Shown here piece after piece: positions 50,212 through 60,638 of a stretch of DNA of 64,000 bases. The first letter of the stretch is position 1, and each line of letters begins with the position of its first letter. A model generated the notes under the pieces. It had not been told where the DNA came from, ran no database searches, and saw nothing but the letters and a program-made list of their open reading frames with translations. The position numbers and the translations under genes are program-made. The stretch is from NCBI GenBank assembly GCA_047495785.1, contig JBLDXI010000050.1:310001-374000 (forward strand), in the 5' to 3' direction. Origin of the DNA: Lepidodermella squamata. Taxonomy: Eukaryota > Animalia > Gastrotricha.

Positions 50212-50909
50212 GCTCAGTTGGGGTTTTTGGCCTCAGCCCTCTTTTTCAACGCCAACTTGGCCTCAGATAGGCTATTCCAAAGTTGACATTTTTTGCTTGG
50301 CCTCGCGGCAAAATGGCCAACCTCCAAGTTAGGCTTCGATAGGCATTCTGAGATTCGGCCGAAAATGACAAAAAATCGCAATCTCGAATTTGGCCTTATC
50401 TAGACTTTGCTCATTTTTTCAGAAATTTGACGAATTGAACCTTTTGCAGATCAATTTGAAATTGGCCTCAGATAGGCTTAAACATTGGAGGAGCCTAAAA
50501 TAGCAAACAACACGTGTTTTTCATGGTTTTCACGACTTGTGATTTTTCAGTCATTTTGTTTGCAACTGCATTTATCGATTTTTTTCATCGATTTCCTCCA
50601 GCAAATCTGCGGCTTCCTTTTAAGTTCTATGAAGTATTCCAGCATGAATAAAACATTGCGAGTCTCGGAATAATGTCATTCATTCTTCAATGGCCATTGA
50701 AATAAGTAGTAATACGCTACCAGTCCTAGAGCTTTTGGTAATGCAAGTACTATGCTTTCGCCTCCTAGTAACCCATGTACTATGACCGCATGCCCTCCCT
50801 ACCCTTCTTCATCACTCAAGAGCCCCTTCAAGGGGGGGCGTTGCTAGGCATCACGATCATGTCTATATAAACCTCTATAGGAAACTGTTCTTTCTTTTAT
50901 GTTGCTTCA

Positions 50910-51707
50910 ATGTTTTACCCACAGTTGCTTTGGTCTATACTTTCCGAGGATGCTAAGCCCCCACTTTCGACACCATTTACGCGAAAGATAGAGGCACCCT
51001 CAACCTGGTCGCATGAAATCAGCTGTTGTGACTGTTACTCATTACCATCATCGAACGGCGTCGTTAAGCCTGGGGCTATTTGTGTTGTTTCCACTGGGCT
51101 TTGTTTGACTCCTCAACTTCTCAACTACAGCAGCCTTTTCATCGAAGGTCACTTCGAGTCTCTTATTCCTGGTCTTCAATTAACCGGCAGCAATCGCCTT
51201 ACGCTGCGAAATTTTTCATCACGTGAACTTGTCTTTGAGCTGGCAAATATCACCAGTTTCGATGTTGAACTGTCCAACATGCGACCTTTTATTCGCATCG
51301 CCTTCTTGTGCTATTTCACCCCGGTTTCTTCTGTTATTTTGCCGCCACGTTCCTTTTCTGCGGAGTGTATTGATGTTGCTGAGGCTGCTTATCGTCAAGG
51401 GACTCTTCAGTCTTCTACTGGAGTTGATCTCCCCATGTCGTCTTCACTGCCGAATTACGGTCGTCTTCGAGATACATCCAAGGTGCAGTTACAAACGTCC
51501 ATGGTTTCCTTTCGAACAAAGTTACCGCTGAGGTTTCAATGCCCCCGATGTCTGCGATTTTACGCCAAAAAGGGGAATCTCAAGTATCACCGCTGTAAAC
51601 CTGTTGCCAATGCACCCACTGATGCCCCACGTGAGCATGCAGCAGAACTTCAGCTTCATTCATCAGGGCTCATATCATCAGACTTGTGTTTATTTGATGA
51701 AAATTAG
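50910..51707 (+). CDS. Degenerate dUTPase-like domain fused to a zinc-finger-like motif
   Basis: LSEDAKPP, CDCYS..VKPGAICVVSTGLCL, LTLRNFSSRELVF and IRIAFL parallel dUTPase scaffold positions, without RSG or DxDY. C-terminal FQCPRCLRFYAKKGNLKYHRC. Confidence 0.55.
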   Translation: MFYPQLLWSILSEDAKPPLSTPFTRKIEAPSTWSHEISCCDCYSLPSSNGVVKPGAICVVSTGLCLTPQLLNYSSLFIEGHFESLIPGLQLTGSNRLTLRNFSSRELVFELANITSFDVELSNMRPFIRIAFLCYFTPVSSVILPPRSFSAECIDVAEAAYRQGTLQSSTGVDLPMSSSLPNYGRLRDTSKVQLQTSMVSFRTKLPLRFQCPRCLRFYAKKGNLKYHRCKPVANAPTDAPREHAAELQLHSSGLISSDLCLFDEN

Positions 51708-51721
51708 GACTATGAGCCACG

Positions 51722-52987
51722 ATGAATTCCATTGCTAGTAATAAGGCTAAACTTCTAAATAATTTATATTTTAATAAAACATTCCCTGGTTCATTTGCCG
51801 GTTCGCAGTCCTTCTACAAACAATTACGACTAGCTGGCTATAAACATATTTCCAAAGCTGAGGTAGTCAAATGGTTGTCTGATCAACGGCCCTATAGCAT
51901 TTACAAGCAAATTTCAACACGCTCAACTCGGCAATTTAACCCTATTATAGTCACTCGAAAGAACGACACCTGGGCGGCTGATTTGATGCAAATCGCTAAC
52001 GTATCCCAGGAAAACGATAACCTCTGCTACGTTTTATGTGTGGTCGATGTTTTTTCGCGATACGCTATGGTTTATCCTCAGCTTGACAAAACTGGCGCGA
52101 CTACGGCTTCGTCGTTTTCAAAACTCTTGGAGGCTAATCATCCTAATAAATGCACCAAGCTCCTGGTTGATAGGGGTAGTGAGTTCTACGCTAAAGAATT
52201 TCAACAGTTGGTTACAAGTTTCTCCATTCACATGTATTCAATCCACTCATCTGTGAAGGCCTCTCCTGTAGAAAGATTCATTCGCACTCTTCGCCAAAAA
52301 ATAGCCAGACATTCCATGTTTTCTGGGTCTGTACGTTTTGTAAACACTTTGGACGACTTGGTTGATGGTTATAATCGAAGTTATCATTCTGCAATCAGGA
52401 CTTCCCCGGCTATTTTATGGGCGTTGCCCTGCTCTGATGATTCCAACCCATCGGATGTGTTTCACCAGTTTTCCCGAGGAAACATTGATGTTTTCGTTCG
52501 CCACGAGGATCCTTTGAACTATCATGCGGCTGTCGCTTCCCTTAAACGTAGCTCCGCCAACTTTAATCGCACTAACGACAGGCAAACTAAAATCCGACAA
52601 CCATGTTTCAAAGTTGGCGATTCAGTGCGTATTTCAATGTCTAGAGGTTTGTTTGACCGAAGTCATAATGCATCCTTTTCAGAAGCCTTTTACACTATTC
52701 GGAGCGTTACTAGAGCGTCTCCTCCTCTACGGCCTTTTCATACTTACCACCTGAATGAGTGGAATCCTGCTACAGGTCTTTTCAATCGTAAATTGTTAGG
52801 AAGTTTTTACGAGCGTGAATTGCAGCCTGTTAGTCTCCCCTCGTCGTTTCCGATTGAGTCAATAGTCGAGCTAGGCAAAGGCAAACGAAAGAAGCAAGTT
52901 AAGGTACGTTGGCGTGGCTATGGACCAGAGGCAGACTCTTGGATTGACAAGTCAGAGCTCGGGGACATCACCTCAACATCGAACTGA
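51722..52987 (+). CDS. Polinton retroviral-like (RVE) integrase with C-terminal chromodomain
   Basis: YFN..PGSF; WAADL, VDRGSEF, VERFIRTL (DDE); YNRSYHSAI; FKVGDSVRIS; GSFYERELQ; VRWRGYGPEADSWI. Confidence 0.95.
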   Translation: MNSIASNKAKLLNNLYFNKTFPGSFAGSQSFYKQLRLAGYKHISKAEVVKWLSDQRPYSIYKQISTRSTRQFNPIIVTRKNDTWAADLMQIANVSQENDNLCYVLCVVDVFSRYAMVYPQLDKTGATTASSFSKLLEANHPNKCTKLLVDRGSEFYAKEFQQLVTSFSIHMYSIHSSVKASPVERFIRTLRQKIARHSMFSGSVRFVNTLDDLVDGYNRSYHSAIRTSPAILWALPCSDDSNPSDVFHQFSRGNIDVFVRHEDPLNYHAAVASLKRSSANFNRTNDRQTKIRQPCFKVGDSVRISMSRGLFDRSHNASFSEAFYTIRSVTRASPPLRPFHTYHLNEWNPATGLFNRKLLGSFYERELQPVSLPSSFPIESIVELGKGKRKKQVKVRWRGYGPEADSWIDKSELGDITSTSN

Positions 52988-53148
52988 TAGCATATCTCTA
53001 CGTTTTCATACTAATCGACGCATTTTCTGTGTTCATTGCTTTAGCGCTATCTTTTTTGTGATTTTGTTTATGATCCAAATTTTCAGCTACTTTCACCAAG
53101 AGAGGGAAATTGCTCTCACTTCAAGCTCTGCATTGGCCTCTGTTGATA

Positions 53149-54421
53149 ATGGCGTTGACTCATCAAACAGATCACTACATTTATATTAGCAGCTCTGTCG
53201 ACCGGCATTTGTATAAAGACAATTGCGCCTCAAATTTTACTGTTAGTTTTCGAATAATTTTGAAGGAGCTGCTGAAAATTATTTTTGCTCTAACATTAGG
53301 TAAAACTTCCTCATGCTATTAATTTGGATGGGGCCTATGAAGCTGCTCTCGTCCAATATTACGGTCCGTCTAGCTGGATAAATTTTGATGGTGGTGTTTT
53401 TCATATCCTCAGCTGGGATGTCAAGCAGTTACTCCCCGCTAATAGAAGGGTAGTAACACTAAGAATTCCAAGCGGACATTTGGCTTCGATAAGACAGCTC
53501 TTGGATCGCATGAACAGCTCCTTGTCTTCAAATAATTTAGCAGATTTTGTCAATTTTTCTTTCGAGGAAGGGTTCTGTAAAGTGGTTTTAAAAAAGCCTA
53601 ATACTGGGTTAGTTCTTAGAAAATATTTGGCTAACATGCTTGGTTTTCCGGAACAAGCTCTCTTATATTCTTTCACATTACGCGATGATGAGTGTGTGAC
53701 GGAAGGCTTAAATTCTGACGCAAAAGGAAACGATGGGGACTCGACTGTTCCTCAATTCATGTATAATCATAAAGCTGAACGTTGCCTGCGTTTTGCGGAA
53801 GAGTCGGAATCACTTTTTTCTCAAGTATTTTCCCCCGAACTGAAAAAGTTATCAGTCAAATCTCAGCCTCCCACTGTAAGTCTTCTCGATGGGAAGGCAG
53901 GCATTTTGGGAGTGTGTTTCGAACCTAAGGATTCTAACATTAAGAGATTGGATAACGCTGTTGTTGAGGACATTTGGGTAGAGCTTAATTTCAACCCCTA
54001 CCCAGCTATCATCATTAAGCTCCTTCTTTTATCTGGAATGGACGAAAGTGCTTCTAAGACTGTTCTTACAGCCCCCTTTCCACCTCAGCTTGGTACTGCT
54101 TCATTTCCGATGATGTTTTTGTATCTAAATATTCTTCAACCTTTGTTTGTTTCTAATGCATTTGCTCGACTTTTACGTATAATTCCAACATCTGGCGTTC
54201 ATGTTGTTAATGCTATGAGCACCAATGGTGGTGATGATATGTTTCCTTCTTCAGTCATGTCTGTTTCGTTCGACCCACTTTTGTATATCCCAGTCGAAGC
54301 ACGCTTACTCGAGTATCTAACATGCGCACTGTACGATGACTCTGGAGCTTTGATTAGATTTAATCAATCTTCGAAAACAATTATTTGCATCCATATTAGG
54401 CCACGGTTTATAAATAAATAA
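53149..54421 (+). CDS. Minor capsid protein (penton), ~404 aa spliced (intron 53242-53299)
   Basis: Splicing restores YIYISSS...NCASNFT|VKLPHAINLDGAYEAALV. C-terminal MFLYLNIL..LLRII..PLLYIPV..DDSG..IHIR. Confidence 0.88.
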
Positions 54422-54439
54422 TAGAAAATATAATTATTA

Positions 54440-54907
54440 ATGTCATCACGTTTGACTGTTGACGACTATGTCAGCATCTTTCTGTCTCAGCGCGGCGGCG
54501 GTGGTGAAAGCGGCCCGTTCGATAACGTATACAAAGGCTCTCGATTTATATATCCTCTTGTTTATCAGGATGGCGGTGGGGCATTTGGCCTAATTTCGCA
54601 GTTTTTTAGGCAGCATGTGGCACCCTTAATTCCTTCCTTTCTAAAGAGAGCTGCTCAAGCCGGCACTGCCTTAGCAAGTGATCTACTTGCAGATCAGCAA
54701 AACCAAGATCCATCAGCTACCAGAGTCCCTGTTTCGTCGTTAGTGAGGAAACACTCTCTTGATGCCTTACGTGGTTCAGCAAAGGATGCCCTTACCTATG
54801 CTCGAGAGCAGTTGGGTTCTGGCTCCAAGCGCAAAAGTAGGGCAAGGCCGACATCTTCTCGCAAGCGCCATTCACCTAAAAAGAGTCGAGTTGTGACATT
54901 TTACTAA
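54440..54907 (+). CDS. Virion core protein precursor (basic C-terminus, QxGxG motifs)
   Basis: QRGGG, YKG..YQDGGG, QLGSG followed by an Arg/Lys-rich tail. Lies between penton and hexon. Confidence 0.8.
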   Translation: MSSRLTVDDYVSIFLSQRGGGGESGPFDNVYKGSRFIYPLVYQDGGGAFGLISQFFRQHVAPLIPSFLKRAAQAGTALASDLLADQQNQDPSATRVPVSSLVRKHSLDALRGSAKDALTYAREQLGSGSKRKSRARPTSSRKRHSPKKSRVVTFY

Positions 54908-54959
54908 TAGTCTGCATTTTTTCCTATTTTTCAAATAAAAAACACGTTTCCATTTGAAA

Positions 54960-56411
54960 ATGCAGAGCCAAAAATCCCCAGAACTAGCCTTTCACAATTC
55001 CCTCAATCTTTTCGGAGTTAAGCCTATACAAGAGCAGATAACAAACCAATACATCACCTCTTACAACGTTTTTTCCGGAGTTTCTGATTCTGGTTTCGAA
55101 TTTTCTATTCCTGGTGAGTACTTCGTAATTTATTGAAGCGTTATTGTTGACAATAAAGATGAATAGCCGACAATAACTACACTGCCTTGAATCGAAGCTT
55201 CCTTTCCTTTGAAATTTCGGTGAGCAAGACAAAGGATGCTGATGATGCGAATGCAAACAAAAACGTGGCATTGGTTAATAATGCTTTCCACACCGTTTTT
55301 CAGGTTAAAATGAATTATATGCACAACCATTATATAAAACGAAGATCTTTATCGATTTTTTCAGCGAGTTGATGTTTATGCCTCAGGCCAGCTTATTGGC
55401 GACATGGTTCCATACCAAGCATATAAAGCCTACATTTCACATCTTCTGGGCTGTACGGATGAGCAAAAATCGAAAAACCTAGTTTTGCAGGGATGGGCTG
55501 ACGATGCCCCTGACGATGAGGCTGAGGATGCTAACAAGTCAACAACTGTTAAGGATGTCGGGTGGGATGTTCGTCAAAAATGGACGTCTACAAACAAGAA
55601 ACGGTTGTTTTTGTGCGGCACCCCTTATTCCGAGTTGTTTTTTTGCCCAAAACTGCTATTGCCTCACACTCCTCTAGTTATTCGTTTTTCTACGAATTCT
55701 CCCGAGTTTGTCCTTTGGACTAAAAAAGACACTCCAGCGACGGACTCATGGAAATTTTTCATCCACAACCCTATGCTTCATATCAGACGTGTTGTCGTTG
55801 CTGATACCGTTTCACTTGCAGCAGAAAGGGCTCTAATGAGCGGTCCTGCACTATACCCTTTTCAACGTCAAACAGTCAAAATTTTGCAGTTGGCATCTGG
55901 GTCTTCAACGTATTCTTTTGGTGGATTGGTATTAGGGTCAATTCCAGCGCGTGTTATAATGGGGTTCGTTGCCGATAATGCCTTCAAAGGGACCTTGTCT
56001 ACATCACCATTCGCTTTTGAGCATTTCAACATTAATCAAATTCGGCTTTATCACGACAATAACAACATTCCACACAGTCCGCTGACGATAAACAACGAAA
56101 ATCGCGCTTTTCAATGCAGTGAGGCATATTTTGCCTTGGCACAGGCTCTTAACCCTTATTCCAACCGCCCGATCGGGTTGTCTCCAACTAGTTACGGGCT
56201 TCGTCATAAAACTTTGTTTGCTTTTGATATGTCTACGGATGGTTCAAATCAGGCTTATTCTAGCGCAAAGCATGGCTCTATTCGACTGGAATTGACGTTT
56301 AGTGCTGCTCTCGCAAAAAATGTCATTCTTGTGCTTTTATTTGAGAGTGATGGGATGGTTGAAATTAGTTCACAGCGTACCGTTGTAACTGATAATTTTA
56401 GCAGTTCATGA
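54960..56411 (+). CDS. Major capsid protein (double jelly-roll hexon), ~445 aa spliced (introns 55114-55166 and 55304-55364)
   Basis: LNLF..PIQ; FEFSIP|ADNNYTALNRSFL; NAFHTVFQ|RVDVY; YKAYISHLL; GSIPARVIMGFV; SPFAFEHF; LFAFDM; GSIRLELTF. Confidence 0.93.
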
Positions 56412-56423
56412 TTTTACGCCAAT

Positions 56424-57011
56424 ATGAATTCTGTCGAGTTGCTGCTTATCCTCAAGAAAATAAATCCTAACCATGCTCGTGTCCTACCGCGGGATTTTGC
56501 GTTACCGACTGTTGTAAGTGATGTGGAAACATTAATTCGAGAAGAAGCCATGCATTCGCTTTGCTACATTCTAAACGATGAAGTTTCTTCTATGGCAGGG
56601 AATCACTGGTTGGGACTTCGTATTAGCCGCAAAAGCATTGAAATCGTTGATTCCTATGGCAGAAATCTCCACGAGTATGGTTTGCGCGAGTTGATGAATT
56701 TTCTAGAGTTGACGGCAGAAGCTTTTCAGTGTCAAATTTTAATTAACTCTTTTAAGCTTCAAAGTGACCAAACTGAAGTATGCGGCTACTATGTGCTGTT
56801 TTTCCATCGAATGCTCTCTCTAGACATCAATTATTTTCAAATAATTCATTTTCTTAAATGGAATTTTGCGACTTATTGTGAGAGAGATTGTTATGTTTTT
56901 ACGTTCGTTTCATCATTGTTCGGATTTTATAAACAATATTTGAATCCGCATTTTGTTAGTCAGCCGACTGAATGCAAGTCTGCGAAACAAAAGTTCCCCT
57001 GTTGGATTTGA
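56424..57011 (+). CDS. Adenain-like cysteine maturation protease
   Basis: GNHWLG, VDSYG, LQS, EVCGYY (His-Asp-Gln-Cys). Confidence 0.9.
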   Translation: MNSVELLLILKKINPNHARVLPRDFALPTVVSDVETLIREEAMHSLCYILNDEVSSMAGNHWLGLRISRKSIEIVDSYGRNLHEYGLRELMNFLELTAEAFQCQILINSFKLQSDQTEVCGYYVLFFHRMLSLDINYFQIIHFLKWNFATYCERDCYVFTFVSSLFGFYKQYLNPHFVSQPTECKSAKQKFPCWI

Positions 57012-57754
57012 CGATTAAACATCCTATGAGACTGCTTTTGGTCGGTCCGTCTTATTGTGGTAAAAGTGCAACATGTTTAAGGCTACTGGAACATCCGATG
57101 AGCATTATTCCAGTTCCTAATAGAGTCGTTCTCATTCAAGGCATTCCAAATCCTAACTTTGCTAAAAAAGTTCAGGAAGTTTGCCGTCGTAGTAGGAATG
57201 TTGAAGCTGAAGTTCTCACTGGTGGACTATCTTCCTTCAGTATAAGTGATTTCAATCCAGCCGATACCAACCTTCTCATAGTCGATGATGCGCAGCATGA
57301 AATAACGGAAGGTCTAGATATGTCAACGTTGTACATTGGCGGCTCTCATCATCGCAGTATAACTGTTATTGCTACTATGCAAAACCTTTTCCCAAAAGGT
57401 ATTCAATTTTTCATTTTCCAGTAACCTAATTTTTCATATGGGGCAATTGTAGGTCGTAGTGCCAGAGATGTTTTTTTGAACACGCAATTATTTTGCTTGT
57501 GGGCAAACAGAGCAGATCAGCAGCAAATTTCCCTCCTAGCGAGAAGGATCTTTCCTGCAAATGCTGGGTTTTTTATGGAAGCTTTTCACCTAGCTACATC
57601 ATCTAAGCCACATGGGTATTTGGTTGTTGATTTAAGTGAGCACACCGCAGAATGGGCTCGTTTGCGCGATGGTCTCGCTAACGATCTCACCAGTTTTTTT
57701 GTTTCTCCTGAAGATCTCGAAGAGCTACCTAAAATTGCAGATCTAGCATGTTAA
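56972..57754 (+). CDS. FtsK/A32-like DNA packaging ATPase (intron 57399-57452)
   Basis: Walker A GPSYCGKS; Walker B LLIVDD; SHHRSI; QNLFPK|GRSARDVFLNTQ; PHGYLVVDL. Confidence 0.92.
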
Positions 57755-57824
57755 TCTGGAATAATTGCTATAAAAATGAAGCTGTAGACAAGTGGAACTG
57801 TTTACCTTACTCTTATTGCTTATT

Positions 57825-58226
57825 ATGACTTATGATTTAGAGGAAAAATCTGAAATTTACCAAGCTCGAATCTTGCTAGAGGAACTGAATAAACCCTCTC
57901 TCGATCCTAATTTTGTGAGATTCCTGGTTGCTGTAGCTAATAAGCGAGCCATTAGTATTATTTGTGAAGCAGCGCTTAACATTTTGCACAAGCGAATCAA
58001 ATTGGAAATTTCCCTCGCCAAGCGTCTAAGGAGGCACGATAAATTTCTTCGAATTATCAGCAAAAAGTCAAAGTTTGGTCTTGAAGGCAATCGACGCCAA
58101 ATATTGCAGCTGTTTGCAAAGGATCTCCTCTCTTCAACTCTAGCACTCAAACTACTTTTAGCAGCAGTCAGAAAAATCATCCCAATTTTGCTTCGCCGTA
58201 GCAAACAGCAAAGTATATCAACATGA
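57825..58226 (+). CDS. Conserved small basic Polinton protein (PW-like)
   Basis: ISIICEAALNILHKRIKL...KRLRRHDKFLRII pattern; TATAAAA at ~57769. Confidence 0.7.
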   Translation: MTYDLEEKSEIYQARILLEELNKPSLDPNFVRFLVAVANKRAISIICEAALNILHKRIKLEISLAKRLRRHDKFLRIISKKSKFGLEGNRRQILQLFAKDLLSSTLALKLLLAAVRKIIPILLRRSKQQSIST

Positions 58227-59236
58227 AATCCCACTCGATTGTAAAACCGGTTAAGCGTGTACGGCTTGTCCCTCAAAATTATGCTGTCGACAAGGTTTGT
58301 GCATTTCAAGGCCCGTTAGTTCCAAACACACCTACGGCTACAGGGGGGGTGTCGACGAATGCGAACGAAGAGGCAACAAATGTAGATCCTACTTTCTCAG
58401 CAGCGGCTTCTGCTGCCCTAACTGCAACTTCACCCCAAAAAGCTTCACCCGACAGCCCAGCCGCAACTGCGCGCTCACCAGTTCCTCCCCAGCAAACAGG
58501 TGGGGGAAATCATCCATCGAATGAGATCAAAGATTTACTTGAGAAAATCGTAATATTGCTGAAAAATAACAATTCAATAAGCGACCAAAGCGATTCTGAT
58601 CTTTCGCCGGAAACGAAGAAAATAAGAGAAATTTCTAAAGAAATGACTGATCTCTTGTCTAGTTCTCAAGGTGAGGGAGTTGAAGCTTCAGTGATGGGGC
58701 GATACCGTGAACTTTTCAGGAGTCTGCAACAGTGGCGACGTAGACGAGCATTAATGACTGGAAAGCCAGCTGCATCTCCCAAGTCTCCTGAAAATTCTAA
58801 TCCCCCTCTGTCCAATGCCCATTCTCAGGCGGTGGCTCCACCGAAATCAACAGCTTTGGTAACTTCTTCTCCTGCCACTCGTAGGAAAATCTTGCAGAAT
58901 TCCTTAACATCTCTGGTCGAGTCAGAACAGTTGCAAATGAGTGGTAAGACGCTTCGAAGAGAGGGGGATTTAGAAACCATAATTCCTGATATGAAAAAAT
59001 TTATTGTCGATATAACTGATAACCGACGTAGGAAGCCAAATGCTGAAACTCTCAACCAGCTACAACGCTTACACAAAGATTTTCCAACACTTTTCCAACC
59101 TAATTTATTATCGAATGTTTATGCTAGCGCAATTCAAACATCACCCGAACTACAAGTTGGAAGTGGGATTGTGAAAAAGGTTAAAAAAACAAACACTAAA
59201 CGTGTAAATGCTTACGGTTGGTTGAAAATGTATTGA
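58223..59236 (+). CDS. Polinton accessory/core protein (PZ-like), low complexity
   Basis: ATGA overlap with the upstream ORF; VKRVRLVP N-terminus; QTGGG, LQVGSG; C-terminal GWLKMY; AATAAA at ~59250. Confidence 0.6.
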   Translation: MKSHSIVKPVKRVRLVPQNYAVDKVCAFQGPLVPNTPTATGGVSTNANEEATNVDPTFSAAASAALTATSPQKASPDSPAATARSPVPPQQTGGGNHPSNEIKDLLEKIVILLKNNNSISDQSDSDLSPETKKIREISKEMTDLLSSSQGEGVEASVMGRYRELFRSLQQWRRRRALMTGKPAASPKSPENSNPPLSNAHSQAVAPPKSTALVTSSPATRRKILQNSLTSLVESEQLQMSGKTLRREGDLETIIPDMKKFIVDITDNRRRKPNAETLNQLQRLHKDFPTLFQPNLLSNVYASAIQTSPELQVGSGIVKKVKKTNTKRVNAYGWLKMY

Positions 59237-59293
59237 ACAGTGGAATTCGAATAAAGAAATTGATTTATCAATAGAGTTTTTAGTTTTTGAAGT

Positions 59294-59859
59294 TTACAGC
59301 CCAGTACTTCCGAAGCCTTTTGCGCCTCGAAACATGAAAGTAGTGGGCTCTGATTTTTCCTCCAGGTCTGGAAGTTCGTCTTGACCTTGATTTGTAGTTC
59401 CTGATGAGCTAGCTGTAATCGAAGAGTTGTCCTCGATAACTGATGGCAGAACGTGACGAAGGACTATCAACTGCGCTATTCTATCCCCGCAGTTTACTCG
59501 GAATGGTTTTTCCCGTAAATTGTGGAGAATTACGAAAAGTTCTCCTTCGTAATCACTGTCTGCAAAAACTTTCAGGATAAAGCATGGATGTAACACTTTA
59601 AAGACAGACCTATAACTCCACCGACAGTAATAATGTTTTCGAAAAGCGCGAGGCCTGAACGGCTCATAACCTGACCGTAGCACGACTTTGGTAGTTTTAT
59701 GCTAATTCCAGTAGCGATTCGGCGAGACGTGTTTGCTGGAATTGATTCATTAACTGATGAACAGACATCATAGCCTACAGATCCGCTAGTTGCTCGTCTA
59801 GGCAGAATTGCATTAGGAGTCAGACGTTTTACACGAAGCCGCGGAACACTAGGCGCCAT
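59294..59859 (-). CDS. dut: Trimeric dUTPase (intron 59560-59609)
   Basis: All five motifs after splicing: VGYDV, SRSGLA, GGVI|DSDYEGE, GDRIAQL, RGAKGFGSTG. Confidence 0.93.
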
Positions 59860-59972
59860 CACTATCACCTTAGTTAAAGGGATGTGTTAAGGTTGAATAG
59901 ATTTTCCGTGCTTGCAGTATAAGTGGCTTTTCAGTAGCATTTGGAGTGGGAGCATTTCCATGGAATCTCCTT

Positions 59973-60455
59973 GGGAGCAGATGAAAAAACTCCATCGATT
60001 TGATGAATTGGCTTCTTTTTTGACTCTCATCTCAAGTGCCCAGAAGATATCTCCCCCTAGATATCTCCTTGGAATTTCCTAGGAGGTGGGGAGCAGATGA
60101 AAAAACTCCATCGATTTGATGAATTGGCTTCTTTTTTGACTCTCATCTCAAGTGCCCAGAAGATATCTCCCCCTAGATATCTCCTTGGAATTTCCTAGGA
60201 GGTGGGGAGCAGATGAAAAAACTCCATCGATTTGATGAATTGGCTTCTTTTTTGACTCTCATCTCAAGTGCCCAGAAGATATCTCCCCCTAGATATCTCC
60301 TTGGAATTTCCTAGGAGGTGGGGAGCAGATGAAAAAACTCCATCGATTTGATGAATTGGCTTCTTTTTTGACTCTCATCTCAAGTGCCCAGAAGATATCT
60401 CCCCCTAGATATCTCCTTGGAATTTCCTAGGAGGTGGGGAGCAGATGAAAAAACT
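59973..60455. repeat. Tandem array of ~4.1 x 116-bp apparently identical units
   Basis: ATGAAAAAACTC recurs at 59981, 60097, 60213, 60329 and 60445. Confidence 0.95.
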
Positions 60456-60638
60456 CACAGGTTTGAATAGCCCTGCTTTTTTATTTCACAATAATGAGGC
60501 CTAGATGCCTTTTGAAACTTGTCTGTCCAATCATATTAGAGGTAAAACCCTATTAATGCAGCAACCGGATTTGCGCATGACTAGTCTAGGAGATTCGCAG
60601 TTTTAAATTTTTCTTTTACACACCCGACGCTCACAAAA

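Larger units (their letters stand above)
43467..50704 (+). mobile_element. Large piggyBac-like element with cargo genes; left end visible, right end not in window (interrupted by the Polinton)
   Basis: TTAA (43467-43470) followed by CTCTTTCACTGCCAGAG, a piggyBac-type terminus. Duplicated subterminal GAGTTT(T)TCTCCC(C)GGAGA. PiggyBac transposase 3.7 kb downstream. Confidence 0.6.

Noticed and set aside
50210-50480. Repeated TTGGCCTCAG(ATAGGCT) motifs as the piggyBac right end
   Set aside because: They do not match the left TIR and no TIR-TTAA junction is present; possibly subterminal or MITE-derived.
59973-60455. CRISPR array
   Set aside because: The units are identical over their whole length with no unique spacers; there are no cas genes and the context is eukaryotic.
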